A stretch of DNA of 64,000 bases from Actinomycetes bacterium. GTDB taxonomy: Bacteria > Actinomycetota > Thermoleophilia > RBG-16-64-13. Made by a program: the position numbers and the translations under genes. Of the stretch, positions 18,241 through 27,659 are shown piece after piece; position 1 is the stretch's first letter, and each line of letters opens with the position of its first letter. Under the pieces are notes generated by a model. That model was not told where the DNA came from, did no database searches, and saw only the letters and a list, made by a program, of their open reading frames with translations. The DNA lies in NCBI GenBank assembly GCA_024637035.1, contig JAGXFW010000008.1:79981-143980 (forward strand), written 5' to 3'.

Positions 18241-19671
18241 CTACCGCCAGTACACCTCCACCCGCCGCGTCTCTGGGTTCTTCCTCCGACTCGGACACTT
18301 CAACGGGTGCACGATGATGCGGTCGAGTAGCAGATCGTACACGTCCCGCTGCGCCTGGACGCTCAGCACCCCCCACTGAGCGCGCGTCATTCCCCCGAGG
18401 TCCCCCCACATCCGCTCGATCACATCACCTTGCGCCAGATCCTCGCTTTGACGAGCCGCGCGCCTCAGTCTCTCCTCCGCCTTCTCCAGCCTCTTCAGCT
18501 GAAGCTCTCTGGCCGAGCGGTACTCCGCCTCGAGGATCTCTCCCCCGGCGTACATCGAGGTCAGCCGGCCAAGGGCTTGCTCTGCCTGCTCGACAGCTTC
18601 GCGGAGGGGCGTCAAAGGCTCAGGCGCCTTTCGCTGCTTCGGAGCCGCCGCACGTCGGAGCCTGGCGAACAGTCGGTCCTCGACCGTCGCAGCGAGCTCC
18701 TCAGCGCGCACTGCGGGCCCGGCCGCGCAGATCCCCTTCGTCTTGCCGTTGCAGGTGTAGTAGAGGACCGCGGGCGTGCGCTGGTACCGGGCATAGAGTC
18801 GCCCTCCGCATGTCCCACAGCGTACGTGGCGCCCCGTCAGGGGAACGCGGGGAGTACGCCCTTGCCGTGACGGTGCACGCCGGCGGGCCTCGTGGATGGC
18901 TATCGTCTTCTCGTAGGTCTCGAGAGGGACGATGGCTTCGATGTTCCCGCCGAAGACGAGCTCGCCGTCCAGCTCCCGCGCCCCCACCTGGACTGGGCGA
19001 AAGAGCATCACCCTCACGGTGGCGCGCTCCCAGGTGCGCCCCCTCTGCGTCGGGATCCCCTGCTTGTTGAGCTCTCGAGCGATCCGCTCCTCCCCCCACC
19101 CGTTATGGTAGCGGTCGTGGATCCAGAGCCGCACCTTCTGCTGCTCCGGTTCCGCCACTAGCCGGGAGCCCGCCTCACCTCGCTCCAGCCGGAAGCCGAA
19201 CGGCACTGGACCCCCGTGCCATCGCCCCGTGGACCGCAAGCGACGATGCGCGTCCCGGGTCCGGGAGCCGATCTTCACGCTCTCGTACTTGGCGAGCGCC
19301 GCGGAGATGGACCAGATGAGCGCAGACTCCGCGCTGCCGTCGTTCGGGTTGCCGGGGGAATCGCAGTGGATCCCGGCGCGTCTGAGCGCCGCCAGGATGG
19401 CGTGGAAGTCTTCCTCCTCGCGAGCCAGGCGATCGATCTTGTAGAAGAGGACGACGTCGCAGCCACCGGCCAGTGCGTCGTCGAGAAGCCGGTTCAGCCC
19501 CTCCCGGCGCCGGCGGTCCCACGTGCGGCCGGAGAGGTCGAGATCCTCGTACCAGCCGACGACAGCCCAGCCCTTCTGCGCAGCGAAACGCGAGATCTCG
19601 TCCCGCTGGATATCGGGGGAGATCATGTCGTCCCGGGCCTTACTGACCCTGACATATCCAAAGGCGCGCAT
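18241..19671 (-). CDS. Large serine recombinase (integrase)
   Basis: MRAFGYVRVSK...DLDLSGR resolvase catalytic domain. Recombinase domain. CGTCGG zinc-ribbon region and a C-terminal coiled coil. Confidence 0.9.
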   Translation of the reverse strand: MRAFGYVRVSKARDDMISPDIQRDEISRFAAQKGWAVVGWYEDLDLSGRTWDRRRREGLNRLLDDALAGGCDVVLFYKIDRLAREEEDFHAILAALRRAGIHCDSPGNPNDGSAESALIWSISAALAKYESVKIGSRTRDAHRRLRSTGRWHGGPVPFGFRLERGEAGSRLVAEPEQQKVRLWIHDRYHNGWGEERIARELNKQGIPTQRGRTWERATVRVMLFRPVQVGARELDGELVFGGNIEAIVPLETYEKTIAIHEARRRAPSRQGRTPRVPLTGRHVRCGTCGGRLYARYQRTPAVLYYTCNGKTKGICAAGPAVRAEELAATVEDRLFARLRRAAAPKQRKAPEPLTPLREAVEQAEQALGRLTSMYAGGEILEAEYRSARELQLKRLEKAEERLRRAARQSEDLAQGDVIERMWGDLGGMTRAQWGVLSVQAQRDVYDLLLDRIIVHPLKCPSRRKNPETRRVEVYWR

Positions 19672-19792
19672 GAGGCCTATTCTAGTACTTGGGCGGAGCG
19701 CGGATCGAAGGGGCTCGAGGTATCGTGAGTTAAGGCACGAGTAAGAATGTGTCGATACAAGGCAAATACCGACTGATCAATGGAGGGCGTGG

Positions 19793-22450
19793 ATGTTACC
19801 CGGGAGCATCTGGAGGCGGGGCGGTCTGAGGGTGCGCCTGGTGGTTCTTCTTCTCCTCGCGGTGCTGCCCGCGGTCCTCTTTGCAGCCTACGCGATGGTA
19901 GACGCTCGCCAGAGCGCGGTCCTCGATGCGCAGGAGAAATCAGCCCGCGCCGCCGACAGTCTCGGCATCTACGCCGAGCATCCCATCGCCCAAGCCCGTC
20001 AGGTGCTCTCCGCGGTGGCGGTCGCTTCGTTCGTTCGGCACGGCAGTCCGGAGGAGATCAGCGACTTTCTTGCGGATGTCCACGCCGAGAACCCCGAGTT
20101 CTCCTCGCTGCTCGTCACGGGGCCCGAAGGTCGGGTCATCGCTGGTAGTGTGGCGCTTCCGAGCCTTCCTGATCTGAGTGATCGAGACTACGTGAGACAG
20201 GTTCAGGAGACGAACGCCTTCAGCGTGGGCTCCTACTCAGTGGGGCGGGCAACGGGGAAACCCATCCTTACCATGGGTCAGCCGATCTTGGCCGAGGACG
20301 GCTCCCTTCTCGGAGTCGTGGTCACCGGAATCGAACTGGAGGTCTTTGGGTCCTTCGGCGACTCGGCCGACCTACCCGACGGGGCCAGCTTCAGCGTCGT
20401 CGATCGGAACGGCACCGTGCTCATGCGTCATCCTGACCCGCCGAGCTGGATCGGCAAGACGGTGGGAGACTCGGCCCTCGGAGAGCTCATGTTGGCGGGA
20501 GCCTCAGGTTCATCCGAGCTCTCCGGACCGGACGGCGTCACTCGACTCTACTCATACACGCCGGTGCCGGGAGCCGAGGGAGCTGTCTTCGTGGCCGTGG
20601 GCGTTCCACGAAGCGTTGCCTACGCTTCGGTCTCCGAGGTCGTGCTCCGTTTCGCCGTCGGGATGGCCGTCGTCGTTCTGCTCGTGACTCTTGCCGGTTG
20701 GCTCGGGGCCGACGTGCTGGTCCTGCGATCTGTACGCCGCCTGGTGACAGCGGCCCAGGGGCTCGACGGGGGGGATCTCTCGGTCCGCGCTGGAGCCGAC
20801 GGCGGCTCCAGCGAAATTGGCCAGCTAGCCCGGGCTTTCGATTCCATGGCGGACACCATCGAGCAGCGTACGGCTGCGCTCGGGGAATCGGAGGCCCGCT
20901 ACCGGACCATGGTGGAGTCGTCACCGAACGGGATCATCGTGCACCAGGGCGGCCGAATCGTCTTCGCGAACCGAGAGGCGGCCCGGATGGCGGGCGCATC
21001 GGCGTCGGCCGATATTGTCGGCAGGAGCGTCGCAGAGTTCGTACATCCTGATTCCCGGGACTTGATTCTCCGTCGCCTGGAAGAAGCCTACCGCTCCGGC
21101 GAGCCCCAAGACATGGAGGAGATGAGGCTGCTCCGGCTGGACGGCTCGGAGGTGGAGGTGGAGGTTGTCAGCATCCCCCTGGTCTACGGGGAAACCACCG
21201 CGATGAACACCATCATCCGGGATATCAGCGACCGTAAGCGTGCCGAGGAGGCCCTACGGGAGAGCCAGGAGAGGTCGGAGAGCGCTGAGCGCCTCGAGGC
21301 TGTGGGCCGCCTGGCGGGGGGCGTTGCCCACGACTTCAACAATCTCCTCACGGCCATCATCGGCTACGCAGACATCGGCCGCTCGCAATCACCAGAGGAT
21401 CCCGTCCTTCGCGTAGCACTCGAGGAGATCCAGACCGCAGCCGACCGGGCAGCCGCACTCACGCAGCAGCTCCTGGCTTTCTCGCGTCGGCAGCCCCTGC
21501 AGCCGCGGGTGCTCGATCTCAACCTCGTGACGGAGTCCACCTCCGGGCTCCTTCGGCGGCTGATCGGCGCAGACGTGCAACTTGCACTCAAGTGCATGGA
21601 AGGGCTCTGGCCGGTCGAGGCGGACCCCGGCCAGATCGAGCAGCTCATCACCAACCTGGTGATCAACGCCCGGGACGCCATGCCTGAAGGCGGGAAGATC
21701 ACCGTGGAGTCGGCGAACGTGGAGCTTGGGGAAGAGTGCGCGCACACTCACCCTGATTCGCGTCCGGGGCTCTATGTCATGTTGGCTGTGAGCGACACCG
21801 GCGCCGGGATCGATGCCGAGGCCCTTCCCTACATCTTCGAGCCCTTCTTCACTACGAAGGAGGTGGGCAAGGGCACGGGTCTTGGCCTCTCCACCGTGTA
21901 CGGCATCGTCAAGCAGAGTGGGGGCGACATCAGGGTGCGTAGCGAGCCGGGGCAGGGGACCACATTCAACGTCTACCTGCCTCGGGCGGAGAAGTTGGTC
22001 GACTGGACTCCGGAGAACAGACCAGCTCAGAGAGGCCGAGGCGAGGGCGGGACCGAGACCATCCTTCTTGTGGAGGACGAGCCCGCAGTGCGGGCGCTGG
22101 CCGCTCGGGTCCTGAAAGCCGCGGGTTACACGGTCCTCGAGGAAGGTGACCCTGCACGGGCGCTCATGCTCTTCGACAGGCATGAGGGGCTCATCCAGCT
22201 GCTGCTGACCGACGTCGTGTTGCCCGGAATGAGCGGCAAGGCACTCGCGGATTGCGTTGCGACGAAACAGGGCGCGCCTCCCGCCACCCTCTTCATGTCC
22301 GGGTACGCGCAGAGCGCTATTGTGCACGACGGTCGGCTGGACCTCGATGTGAACTTCCTGGAGAAACCCTTCACTCCGGAAGGTCTGCTGCGGAAGGTGC
22401 GGGAGGTGCTCGACCGGCAGAGCGACGGGCAGCTTGGTCTTCAGATCTGA
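19793..22450 (+). CDS. Hybrid sensor histidine kinase (TM-Cache-TM-HAMP-PAS-HisKA-HATPase-REC)
   Basis: GGVAHDFNNLL H-box. DTGAGI and GTGLGLS ATPase boxes. C-terminal ILLVEDE...LLLTDVVLPGMSG receiver. Confidence 0.9.
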   Translation: MLPGSIWRRGGLRVRLVVLLLLAVLPAVLFAAYAMVDARQSAVLDAQEKSARAADSLGIYAEHPIAQARQVLSAVAVASFVRHGSPEEISDFLADVHAENPEFSSLLVTGPEGRVIAGSVALPSLPDLSDRDYVRQVQETNAFSVGSYSVGRATGKPILTMGQPILAEDGSLLGVVVTGIELEVFGSFGDSADLPDGASFSVVDRNGTVLMRHPDPPSWIGKTVGDSALGELMLAGASGSSELSGPDGVTRLYSYTPVPGAEGAVFVAVGVPRSVAYASVSEVVLRFAVGMAVVVLLVTLAGWLGADVLVLRSVRRLVTAAQGLDGGDLSVRAGADGGSSEIGQLARAFDSMADTIEQRTAALGESEARYRTMVESSPNGIIVHQGGRIVFANREAARMAGASASADIVGRSVAEFVHPDSRDLILRRLEEAYRSGEPQDMEEMRLLRLDGSEVEVEVVSIPLVYGETTAMNTIIRDISDRKRAEEALRESQERSESAERLEAVGRLAGGVAHDFNNLLTAIIGYADIGRSQSPEDPVLRVALEEIQTAADRAAALTQQLLAFSRRQPLQPRVLDLNLVTESTSGLLRRLIGADVQLALKCMEGLWPVEADPGQIEQLITNLVINARDAMPEGGKITVESANVELGEECAHTHPDSRPGLYVMLAVSDTGAGIDAEALPYIFEPFFTTKEVGKGTGLGLSTVYGIVKQSGGDIRVRSEPGQGTTFNVYLPRAEKLVDWTPENRPAQRGRGEGGTETILLVEDEPAVRALAARVLKAAGYTVLEEGDPARALMLFDRHEGLIQLLLTDVVLPGMSGKALADCVATKQGAPPATLFMSGYAQSAIVHDGRLDLDVNFLEKPFTPEGLLRKVREVLDRQSDGQLGLQI

Positions 22451-22452
22451 GA

Positions 22453-22479
22453 GGGGGACCGCCGAAGCGGCGGGCCCCC
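22453..22479 (+). terminator. GC-rich hairpin after the kinase gene
   Basis: GGGGGACCGCC, 5-nt loop, GGCGGGCCCCC (one mismatch). Confidence 0.35.
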
Positions 22480-22528
22480 GTCTCGATGAGATGCTGGGGG
22501 GATCCGTTCGTCTCGGGCCTTGGAGACC

Positions 22529-22557
22529 CTGGAATCAGCCGTCTGACCTGATTCCAG
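22529..22557 (+). terminator. Perfect 10-bp inverted repeat followed by TATTTT
   Basis: CTGGAATCAG, 9 nt, CTGATTCCAG, then TATTTTAGG. Lies in a low-GC intergenic region. Confidence 0.4.
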
Positions 22558-22748
22558 TATTTTAGGAAGCCGGAGAGTATTGAAATAGTGACGCGCGGTA
22601 CTGAGCCTTGTCTTCTTCCTCTTCAACAACGTCTCCCCCTCGTAGGCGCGCACGGGTCCACTGTAAGGGGTGCGGAGGACGGAGAGGACATTCAGGTGAG
22701 CGCGTCATAGGCAGCGAATGGGCCTCGGTCGGCCCGCGTGGCCTGCAG

Positions 22749-22946
22749 CTACGCCAGAGCGACGGCAATCTGAACAAAGACCGCGACAATCATCACGAGG
22801 GTGAGAACAGCGATAGCCCACGTAAGGCGGATCAGCTTCTGCGTCTGCTGCTCAGCGCCCTTGTTGAACTCCTTGATCGTCTCGTGGAGCTGAATGGTGG
22901 CGATGCTCCCATTCGCCACCTCCAGGGGAATGCTTATGTCGGCCAT
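22749..22946 (-). CDS. Small C-terminally membrane-anchored protein
   Basis: 65 aa ending LTWAIAVLTLVMIVAVFVQIAVALA. GAAAGGAA upstream of the ATG. Starts 23 nt after the R-M gene stop. Confidence 0.55.
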   Translation of the reverse strand: MADISIPLEVANGSIATIQLHETIKEFNKGAEQQTQKLIRLTWAIAVLTLVMIVAVFVQIAVALA

Positions 22947-22969
22947 CTCGTGCGTTCCTTTCGTATGCT

Positions 22970-25753
22970 TTAGGGGATAATCGATGCCCCTTCCGCCGCG
23001 GCGGACAGATTGAGTTCCAAGAGACGCGCAGCCACATCCTGCCCGCTAAGCGGATATTCCCACCCATACGCCGAGTACACCGCACGATCCAGGCGCTCAT
23101 GTGCATGTGCGAGCCACGTCGGACGCGCGTTGTAGAGGTTGGTCAGGGTCCTAGTCTTCAGGTCAGCCTCGGCCATTCCAGGCGGGGCAAGCCATCCCCG
23201 CCGGAGGTCGTCAAGTACTCGGGCCGCCTCCGCGATCTCCGTGCGTTGATTCTTGGTCGGCTCGGGGAATGGGAACGTTTCAAAGGTTGTCGTCGGTGTA
23301 TACCGGAACCCGCTCTCCACCTCGCGCACTTGCGTGCCCGTTCCCCGAGCCCACAACTCATGAACCGAAGAATGTAGTACGCCGAAAAAGTAGTCATCGT
23401 CACGAGCGAACACGATCAATGCGCTGTCTGGAACAGTCCCTATGTCGAGCCAGGCGAAAACGCGGTACTTGGCGTGGCGCGTCGTTGCGATATACCGGTG
23501 GAGACCCGAGAGGGCAAGCCGCATCTCTGGTCGAGGGCGCTCGTGGACCCACCATCGCTCGGCGTGAATCTTCAGATGGTTCGCGCTCCTAATCGGGAAG
23601 ACCGTCTGTTTGACGTACTCGAAGGGGCCCTCATACAATGCCGCTTGGCCAATCGGCATCTCGTTGAAATCAATAATCCACATACTACGTCGACCGTTGA
23701 ATTCTCTCCCGTTCACCCAGGGTCGGACTACGTCGGCGTTTTTCCTACCATCGGGGTTGGGCAGGGTGAGCAGCGCCTTCGCTATGCCGGAAGGGATCTC
23801 AAACGGCCCGCCTTTCTGGTCCCCGACAAATGCGATGCCGCAGTTCTCCTCCAGAACGCTTGCCTGAGTCAGGTCGACGCCGGTAGTCAGGTTCGCATTG
23901 ATGTTCGCCACTGCCGTACCGTTCAGGAATCGGACTCGCTCTGAACCATCGTCGAAACCGACAAGAGACACGTGAACGGCAGCGCCCTCGAGCATCCACT
24001 CTTCATCGGACCACGCAAGGAAGATGTCGCCCGTCTTCTTGATGTGTTCCAAGACCCGTCTGTTGGCCCCTCCGCGGATTCCTTGCGTCGCTAGCAGACC
24101 GACACGTTTGACCCTGTTCGCGCACACGCTCGCGCGGGCCTTTTCGAACCAGTAGCACACGAGGTCCGCCGCGCCCGGGACGCGCCCCCGATAGACACTA
24201 CGCAACGTGTCGACATACTCGTTGCCGAGAGCGCCGCGCATGAGCTTGTCTCCCACAAAGGGTGGATTTCCGATGATTGCCGTCGCCGCAGGCCACTCCG
24301 GCTCCCGTGGTTGCTCCGGATCACTGAGGTCGAGTACCGCGTCCCGGCACTCGATGTTTTCCAGAGGCCGGAGTATTGGGTCGCGCAAGTACGCGAACCC
24401 GTTGGACAGCATCCACTGGATCTCGCCGATCCAGATAACCACGCGAGCGAGCTCGGCTGCATAGTCATTCAGCTCAATCCCGAGCACCGCCTCCGGTCCA
24501 ACCTCGGGGAACTGAATCGGGGTTCCGAGAGTAAGGGACGCCCACAGGAGCGCTTCTCTCTCGAGATCCTTCAACGTCTTGAGGGCCAGATAGAGGAAGT
24601 TGCCGGAGCCGCAGGCCGGATCGAGGACGCGCACGGCCCGCAGTCGATCCAGAAAGGCGCCCATCACCGCTTGCGGGTTCCTATCCTTGGGCGTGCGGGC
24701 GGTGATCTTCTTGCCGTTCGCGATCAGACCTTCGACTTTGTGCTTTGTGGCCTCGAGATCGCGGCGGAGAGGTGCGATGAGCACGGGCTCGATCAGTCTG
24801 AGTATCGACTCGCGGTCAGTGTAGTGAGCCCCAAGCTGGGACCTCTTGCTGGGATCCAGGCCGCGTTCGAACAGTGTCCCGAAGATCGCTGGCTCAACCT
24901 GCGACCAGTCGAGCCGGGACACCTTGTCGATGAGCTTCACTTCTTCGAGCGTGAATGGGAGGACGTCGGCACCGTCGAAGAGCCCGCCGTTGAACCATTG
25001 GATCCGCTCGGCTCCGAACAGTCCTCCCTTGTCCGACATCTTGCGGAAGAGGTCGCTGATCCCTTCAGTGAAGATCTCCGGCTCTCGGCTCGCAGCGGCG
25101 GCGAGACGGCGGAGCAGTCCGCTCGGCAGGAGGCCGGCGTCCTCCGCGAACATGCAGAAGAGGAGCTTGTTCAGAAAGTGGGCAACGGCGTGCGGTTCGT
25201 GGCCTCGGGCCCTCAGTCGTTCGGCCAGAGAGGCAAACTGCTCAGCAGCCTCCGCTGTGAGCTCTTCTCGAGTCTTTCCGGGCCGCAGCTCCTCCGGGTG
25301 CTCCATGACGGCCCGCAAGATGCGAAGCGGTTCCTCTGGGTGCTCCAGAAGGTCATGCAGAGTGAAAGCGTGGACCGTCGCCGGCGTGTTCGTGAAGTTC
25401 GTGTGGACTTCGAAACGATTCAGATCGCAGACGACGAGCAGCGGTGGGTTGTCGAGGGCTTCACGGTACTGCAGAAGTTGCTGGTACGCGGCCTTGAGGT
25501 CCTTCCTTCTACCCTTGTACTCCCAAGCGAAGTAGCCGCGCCTCCAGACGTCCGCGAAACCGTCCCCGCCAGCGCTCTTGCCCGCGCCTTTCTCGAACGC
25601 GTAGTCCTTGCCGGTCGGGTCAGCCTCGTTGGGCGTGCGCACGCCGATCATGCGACAGAGGTCGATAAAGTGCTCTTGAGAGGCCGCCCGCTCGGTCGTT
25701 GTGCTGCCGGACCATTTGGTAGCGAATTCGGCTGGGGTCAGGGTGCTACTCAC
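22970..25753 (-). CDS. MmeI-family Type IIL/IIG restriction-modification enzyme (nuclease + N6-adenine methyltransferase + TRD)
   Basis: GFADVWRRGYFAWEYKGRRKDL gives the D-X9-E-X-K motif. Also LLFCMFAEDAG, LDWSQVEPAIFGTLFE, VLDPACGSGNFL (motif I) and IIGNPPFVG (motif IV). At 927 aa it is colinear with MmeI as I recall it. Confidence 0.85.
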   Translation of the reverse strand: MSSTLTPAEFATKWSGSTTTERAASQEHFIDLCRMIGVRTPNEADPTGKDYAFEKGAGKSAGGDGFADVWRRGYFAWEYKGRRKDLKAAYQQLLQYREALDNPPLLVVCDLNRFEVHTNFTNTPATVHAFTLHDLLEHPEEPLRILRAVMEHPEELRPGKTREELTAEAAEQFASLAERLRARGHEPHAVAHFLNKLLFCMFAEDAGLLPSGLLRRLAAAASREPEIFTEGISDLFRKMSDKGGLFGAERIQWFNGGLFDGADVLPFTLEEVKLIDKVSRLDWSQVEPAIFGTLFERGLDPSKRSQLGAHYTDRESILRLIEPVLIAPLRRDLEATKHKVEGLIANGKKITARTPKDRNPQAVMGAFLDRLRAVRVLDPACGSGNFLYLALKTLKDLEREALLWASLTLGTPIQFPEVGPEAVLGIELNDYAAELARVVIWIGEIQWMLSNGFAYLRDPILRPLENIECRDAVLDLSDPEQPREPEWPAATAIIGNPPFVGDKLMRGALGNEYVDTLRSVYRGRVPGAADLVCYWFEKARASVCANRVKRVGLLATQGIRGGANRRVLEHIKKTGDIFLAWSDEEWMLEGAAVHVSLVGFDDGSERVRFLNGTAVANINANLTTGVDLTQASVLEENCGIAFVGDQKGGPFEIPSGIAKALLTLPNPDGRKNADVVRPWVNGREFNGRRSMWIIDFNEMPIGQAALYEGPFEYVKQTVFPIRSANHLKIHAERWWVHERPRPEMRLALSGLHRYIATTRHAKYRVFAWLDIGTVPDSALIVFARDDDYFFGVLHSSVHELWARGTGTQVREVESGFRYTPTTTFETFPFPEPTKNQRTEIAEAARVLDDLRRGWLAPPGMAEADLKTRTLTNLYNARPTWLAHAHERLDRAVYSAYGWEYPLSGQDVAARLLELNLSAAAEGASIIP

Positions 25754-25808
25754 GCGTAATCAAGCTGCCGGAGGACGTCCAGGTTGTCGCCGTAGTAGAG
25801 GAGGTTGG

Positions 25809-26528
25809 TCATTCCAGCTCCAGCCTTCCCTGCGCCGACAATGCGATTTGGTTGATCAACGTAAAGCAGGCCAGGAGCCAAATCTTATGGTGCTTCCCGA
25901 AAGCCATATGCTCGTGCCTGGCCAGTTCATGTGCCGCCCCGGTGCGCTGGCAGCAAAGATCGAGTAATGCATCGTCGAGGGAGGCGTTCTCTTCGAGGTC
26001 GTACAGCCTTCTCAGGTGCTTAAGCCATGCCGCTTTGCCGCTCGGCTTCGTAAGTTGAGCAAGGTGCTTGACTTCCGCCTGCTCGAACGTGCAGCAGCGG
26101 GCGTTAAACGTGGCGTTGCGGCTCCTTAGCCATTCGGTCACTGTCTCTACGTAGTCCTCCAAGACCGCCACCATCTGGACGGCGGCCAAGTTGCTCAAAA
26201 TAGCGGGGCTGCGCGGGCCCACCGTCTCCACCCACGCGATCAGTGCGTCTCGTTCCTGTGCGATCAAACCGGCCTTTATGGCCTCGAAGCCTTGGATATA
26301 GACCAGCAAGACCCTCGCCCCATCTCTGAGGCCCTGGTTGAATAGGTCCGTATGCCTCCTGAGTTCCGGGTCGAGAGTCTCGCCATCGAGACTCGCTCGG
26401 CCAAACGACTCCTCCAACGGAGTCTCCAGACTACTCGCACCTTGCTGTGTTAGGCGCCGCCGTCCAGCCATCCGAGTGATTGATCCTTCCCAAGTTCTGA
26501 CTGTCTTCCTCTGCGGTGTCATGCACAT
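25809..26528 (-). CDS. Hypothetical protein with a C-terminal HEPN-like (AbiD/F-like) Rx4H motif
   Basis: Helical protein. QRTGAAHELARHEH lies near the C-terminus. Starts 19 nt downstream of the XRE gene stop. Confidence 0.5.
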   Translation of the reverse strand: MCMTPQRKTVRTWEGSITRMAGRRRLTQQGASSLETPLEESFGRASLDGETLDPELRRHTDLFNQGLRDGARVLLVYIQGFEAIKAGLIAQERDALIAWVETVGPRSPAILSNLAAVQMVAVLEDYVETVTEWLRSRNATFNARCCTFEQAEVKHLAQLTKPSGKAAWLKHLRRLYDLEENASLDDALLDLCCQRTGAAHELARHEHMAFGKHHKIWLLACFTLINQIALSAQGRLELE

Positions 26529-26546
26529 GAAGTGAGGCGGTACGAT

Positions 26547-26882
26547 TCAGCCCTGACTGGTGTTCCCAGCCACCAACCCCTCCACATCCTCCAGATCCAC
26601 CGTCCCCGCCCGCATCCCCTCACTGATCATCCGATGCGCCAGCGCCTCCCGGTACTCCAGGAAGTACGTCGGCGACACCTCCAGCGCCGCGGCGAACTTC
26701 TCGACGGTGCGGAGTGCCTGGGAGTTCATGCGGTGACCGCGCTTGCCGGCGAGGTACTGGCTCACCGTCGAAGGGGCGACATCGGCGCGGGCCATGAGTT
26801 CGGTGTCCGTGAGGTTCCGAGCGGCGAGCAACGTCTTGAGCGCAACGCGGATCGGTTCATTGCTCCTCTCGGGTACAGTCAT
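26547..26882 (-). CDS. XRE-family HTH regulator, paralogue of the CI-like repressor
   Basis: TELMARADVAPSTVSQYLAGKRG HTH. LRTVEKFAAALEVSPTYFLEYR is shared with 30748..31107. Confidence 0.85.
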   Translation of the reverse strand: MTVPERSNEPIRVALKTLLAARNLTDTELMARADVAPSTVSQYLAGKRGHRMNSQALRTVEKFAAALEVSPTYFLEYREALAHRMISEGMRAGTVDLEDVEGLVAGNTSQG

Positions 26883-26890
26883 GCCACGAT

Positions 26891-26911
26891 TCTAGGCGGG
26901 CGCCACCTAGA
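26891..26911. promoter_or_regulatory. Imperfect 21-bp palindrome in the divergent intergenic region
   Basis: TCTAGGCGGGCGCCACCTAGA has 8 of 10 arm positions pairing. A further CCTAGA lies about 35 nt downstream. Confidence 0.35.
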
Positions 26912-26979
26912 TACTTCACAGTACTGAGTGGTCATGCTAGCCTAGACCTCCATGCAGCTACCATGGAAGGCTGGGACAC

Positions 26980-27246
26980 ATGCCTCCTGACTGTCCCGAC
27001 GACCGAGAACACATAGTCCCCGCGCTCTCCCCTTTCCGTCCCCTCGACCCACCCCTCCTGACCCCCGGCGACGTCTGGTGCACCAAGTGCGGCAGCACCG
27101 GCCAGCCCCGTGTCCGCCACTGCCCCGGCGGTGATCACTGCCGCTTCGGCGTCGGCGGCGAACACCTGCACCTGATCTGCCCTGACTGCCGGCACGTGGA
27201 GCTCACGGAGACGTACGAGGCGTTCCAGGCGCAGGCGGGCTCGTAG
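26980..27246 (+). CDS. Small zinc-ribbon protein
   Basis: CTKC...HCPGGDHC...CPDC. Strong G/C at third codon positions. Confidence 0.55.
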   Translation: MPPDCPDDREHIVPALSPFRPLDPPLLTPGDVWCTKCGSTGQPRVRHCPGGDHCRFGVGGEHLHLICPDCRHVELTETYEAFQAQAGS

Positions 27247-27484
27247 GTCGATCACTCGTCCGGCTCGTCCTGCTCCTCTCCGGCTGCTTCGGTGCGCTCG
27301 CAGTCGGCAGCGGGATGACTTCGGTCGGCGGCCGCAGCCGTGGCTCCGGCTTGGTGCCCTCGAGCCAGATCTGCGTGGGGATGATCAGGTTCGGGCGGTA
27401 GCCGCAGTCGTCCTCGGGTAGGCGGGGCTTGGGGACGGGGAAGGGGATGATCTTGGCGGGTGGGTCATTCGCCCTGCGATGCAC
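27203..27484 (-). CDS. Proline-rich hypothetical protein
   Basis: The first ~55 codons end almost uniformly in G/C. Sequence KIIPFPVPKPRLPEDD. The 3' end overlaps the convergent ORF by 44 nt. Confidence 0.45.
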   Translation of the reverse strand: MHRRANDPPAKIIPFPVPKPRLPEDDCGYRPNLIIPTQIWLEGTKPEPRLRPPTEVIPLPTASAPKQPERSRTSRTSDRPTSPPAPGTPRTSP

Positions 27485-27659
27485 ATTGCCTCCTCGCCGT
27501 TCTCACGGGAGCTATCGCATCGCGAGCGGTCGCGGATGGGTAGCGGCTCTTTATTTCGCTGCCCTTTGGGTCGGCTTCATCACTACTCCCCTGTGTCCGC
27601 CCCCCGTACACCTTCACGTATGCCGCCTGCGCCAATGCCCACCCCGGCGAGCCACGTTG

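Noticed and set aside
22970-25753. Possibility that the large methyltransferase is BREX PglX.
   Set aside because: The N-terminal D-X9-E-X-K nuclease motif is present. The size matches MmeI rather than PglX. No pglZ, brxC, brxL or brxA-like genes occur in the window.
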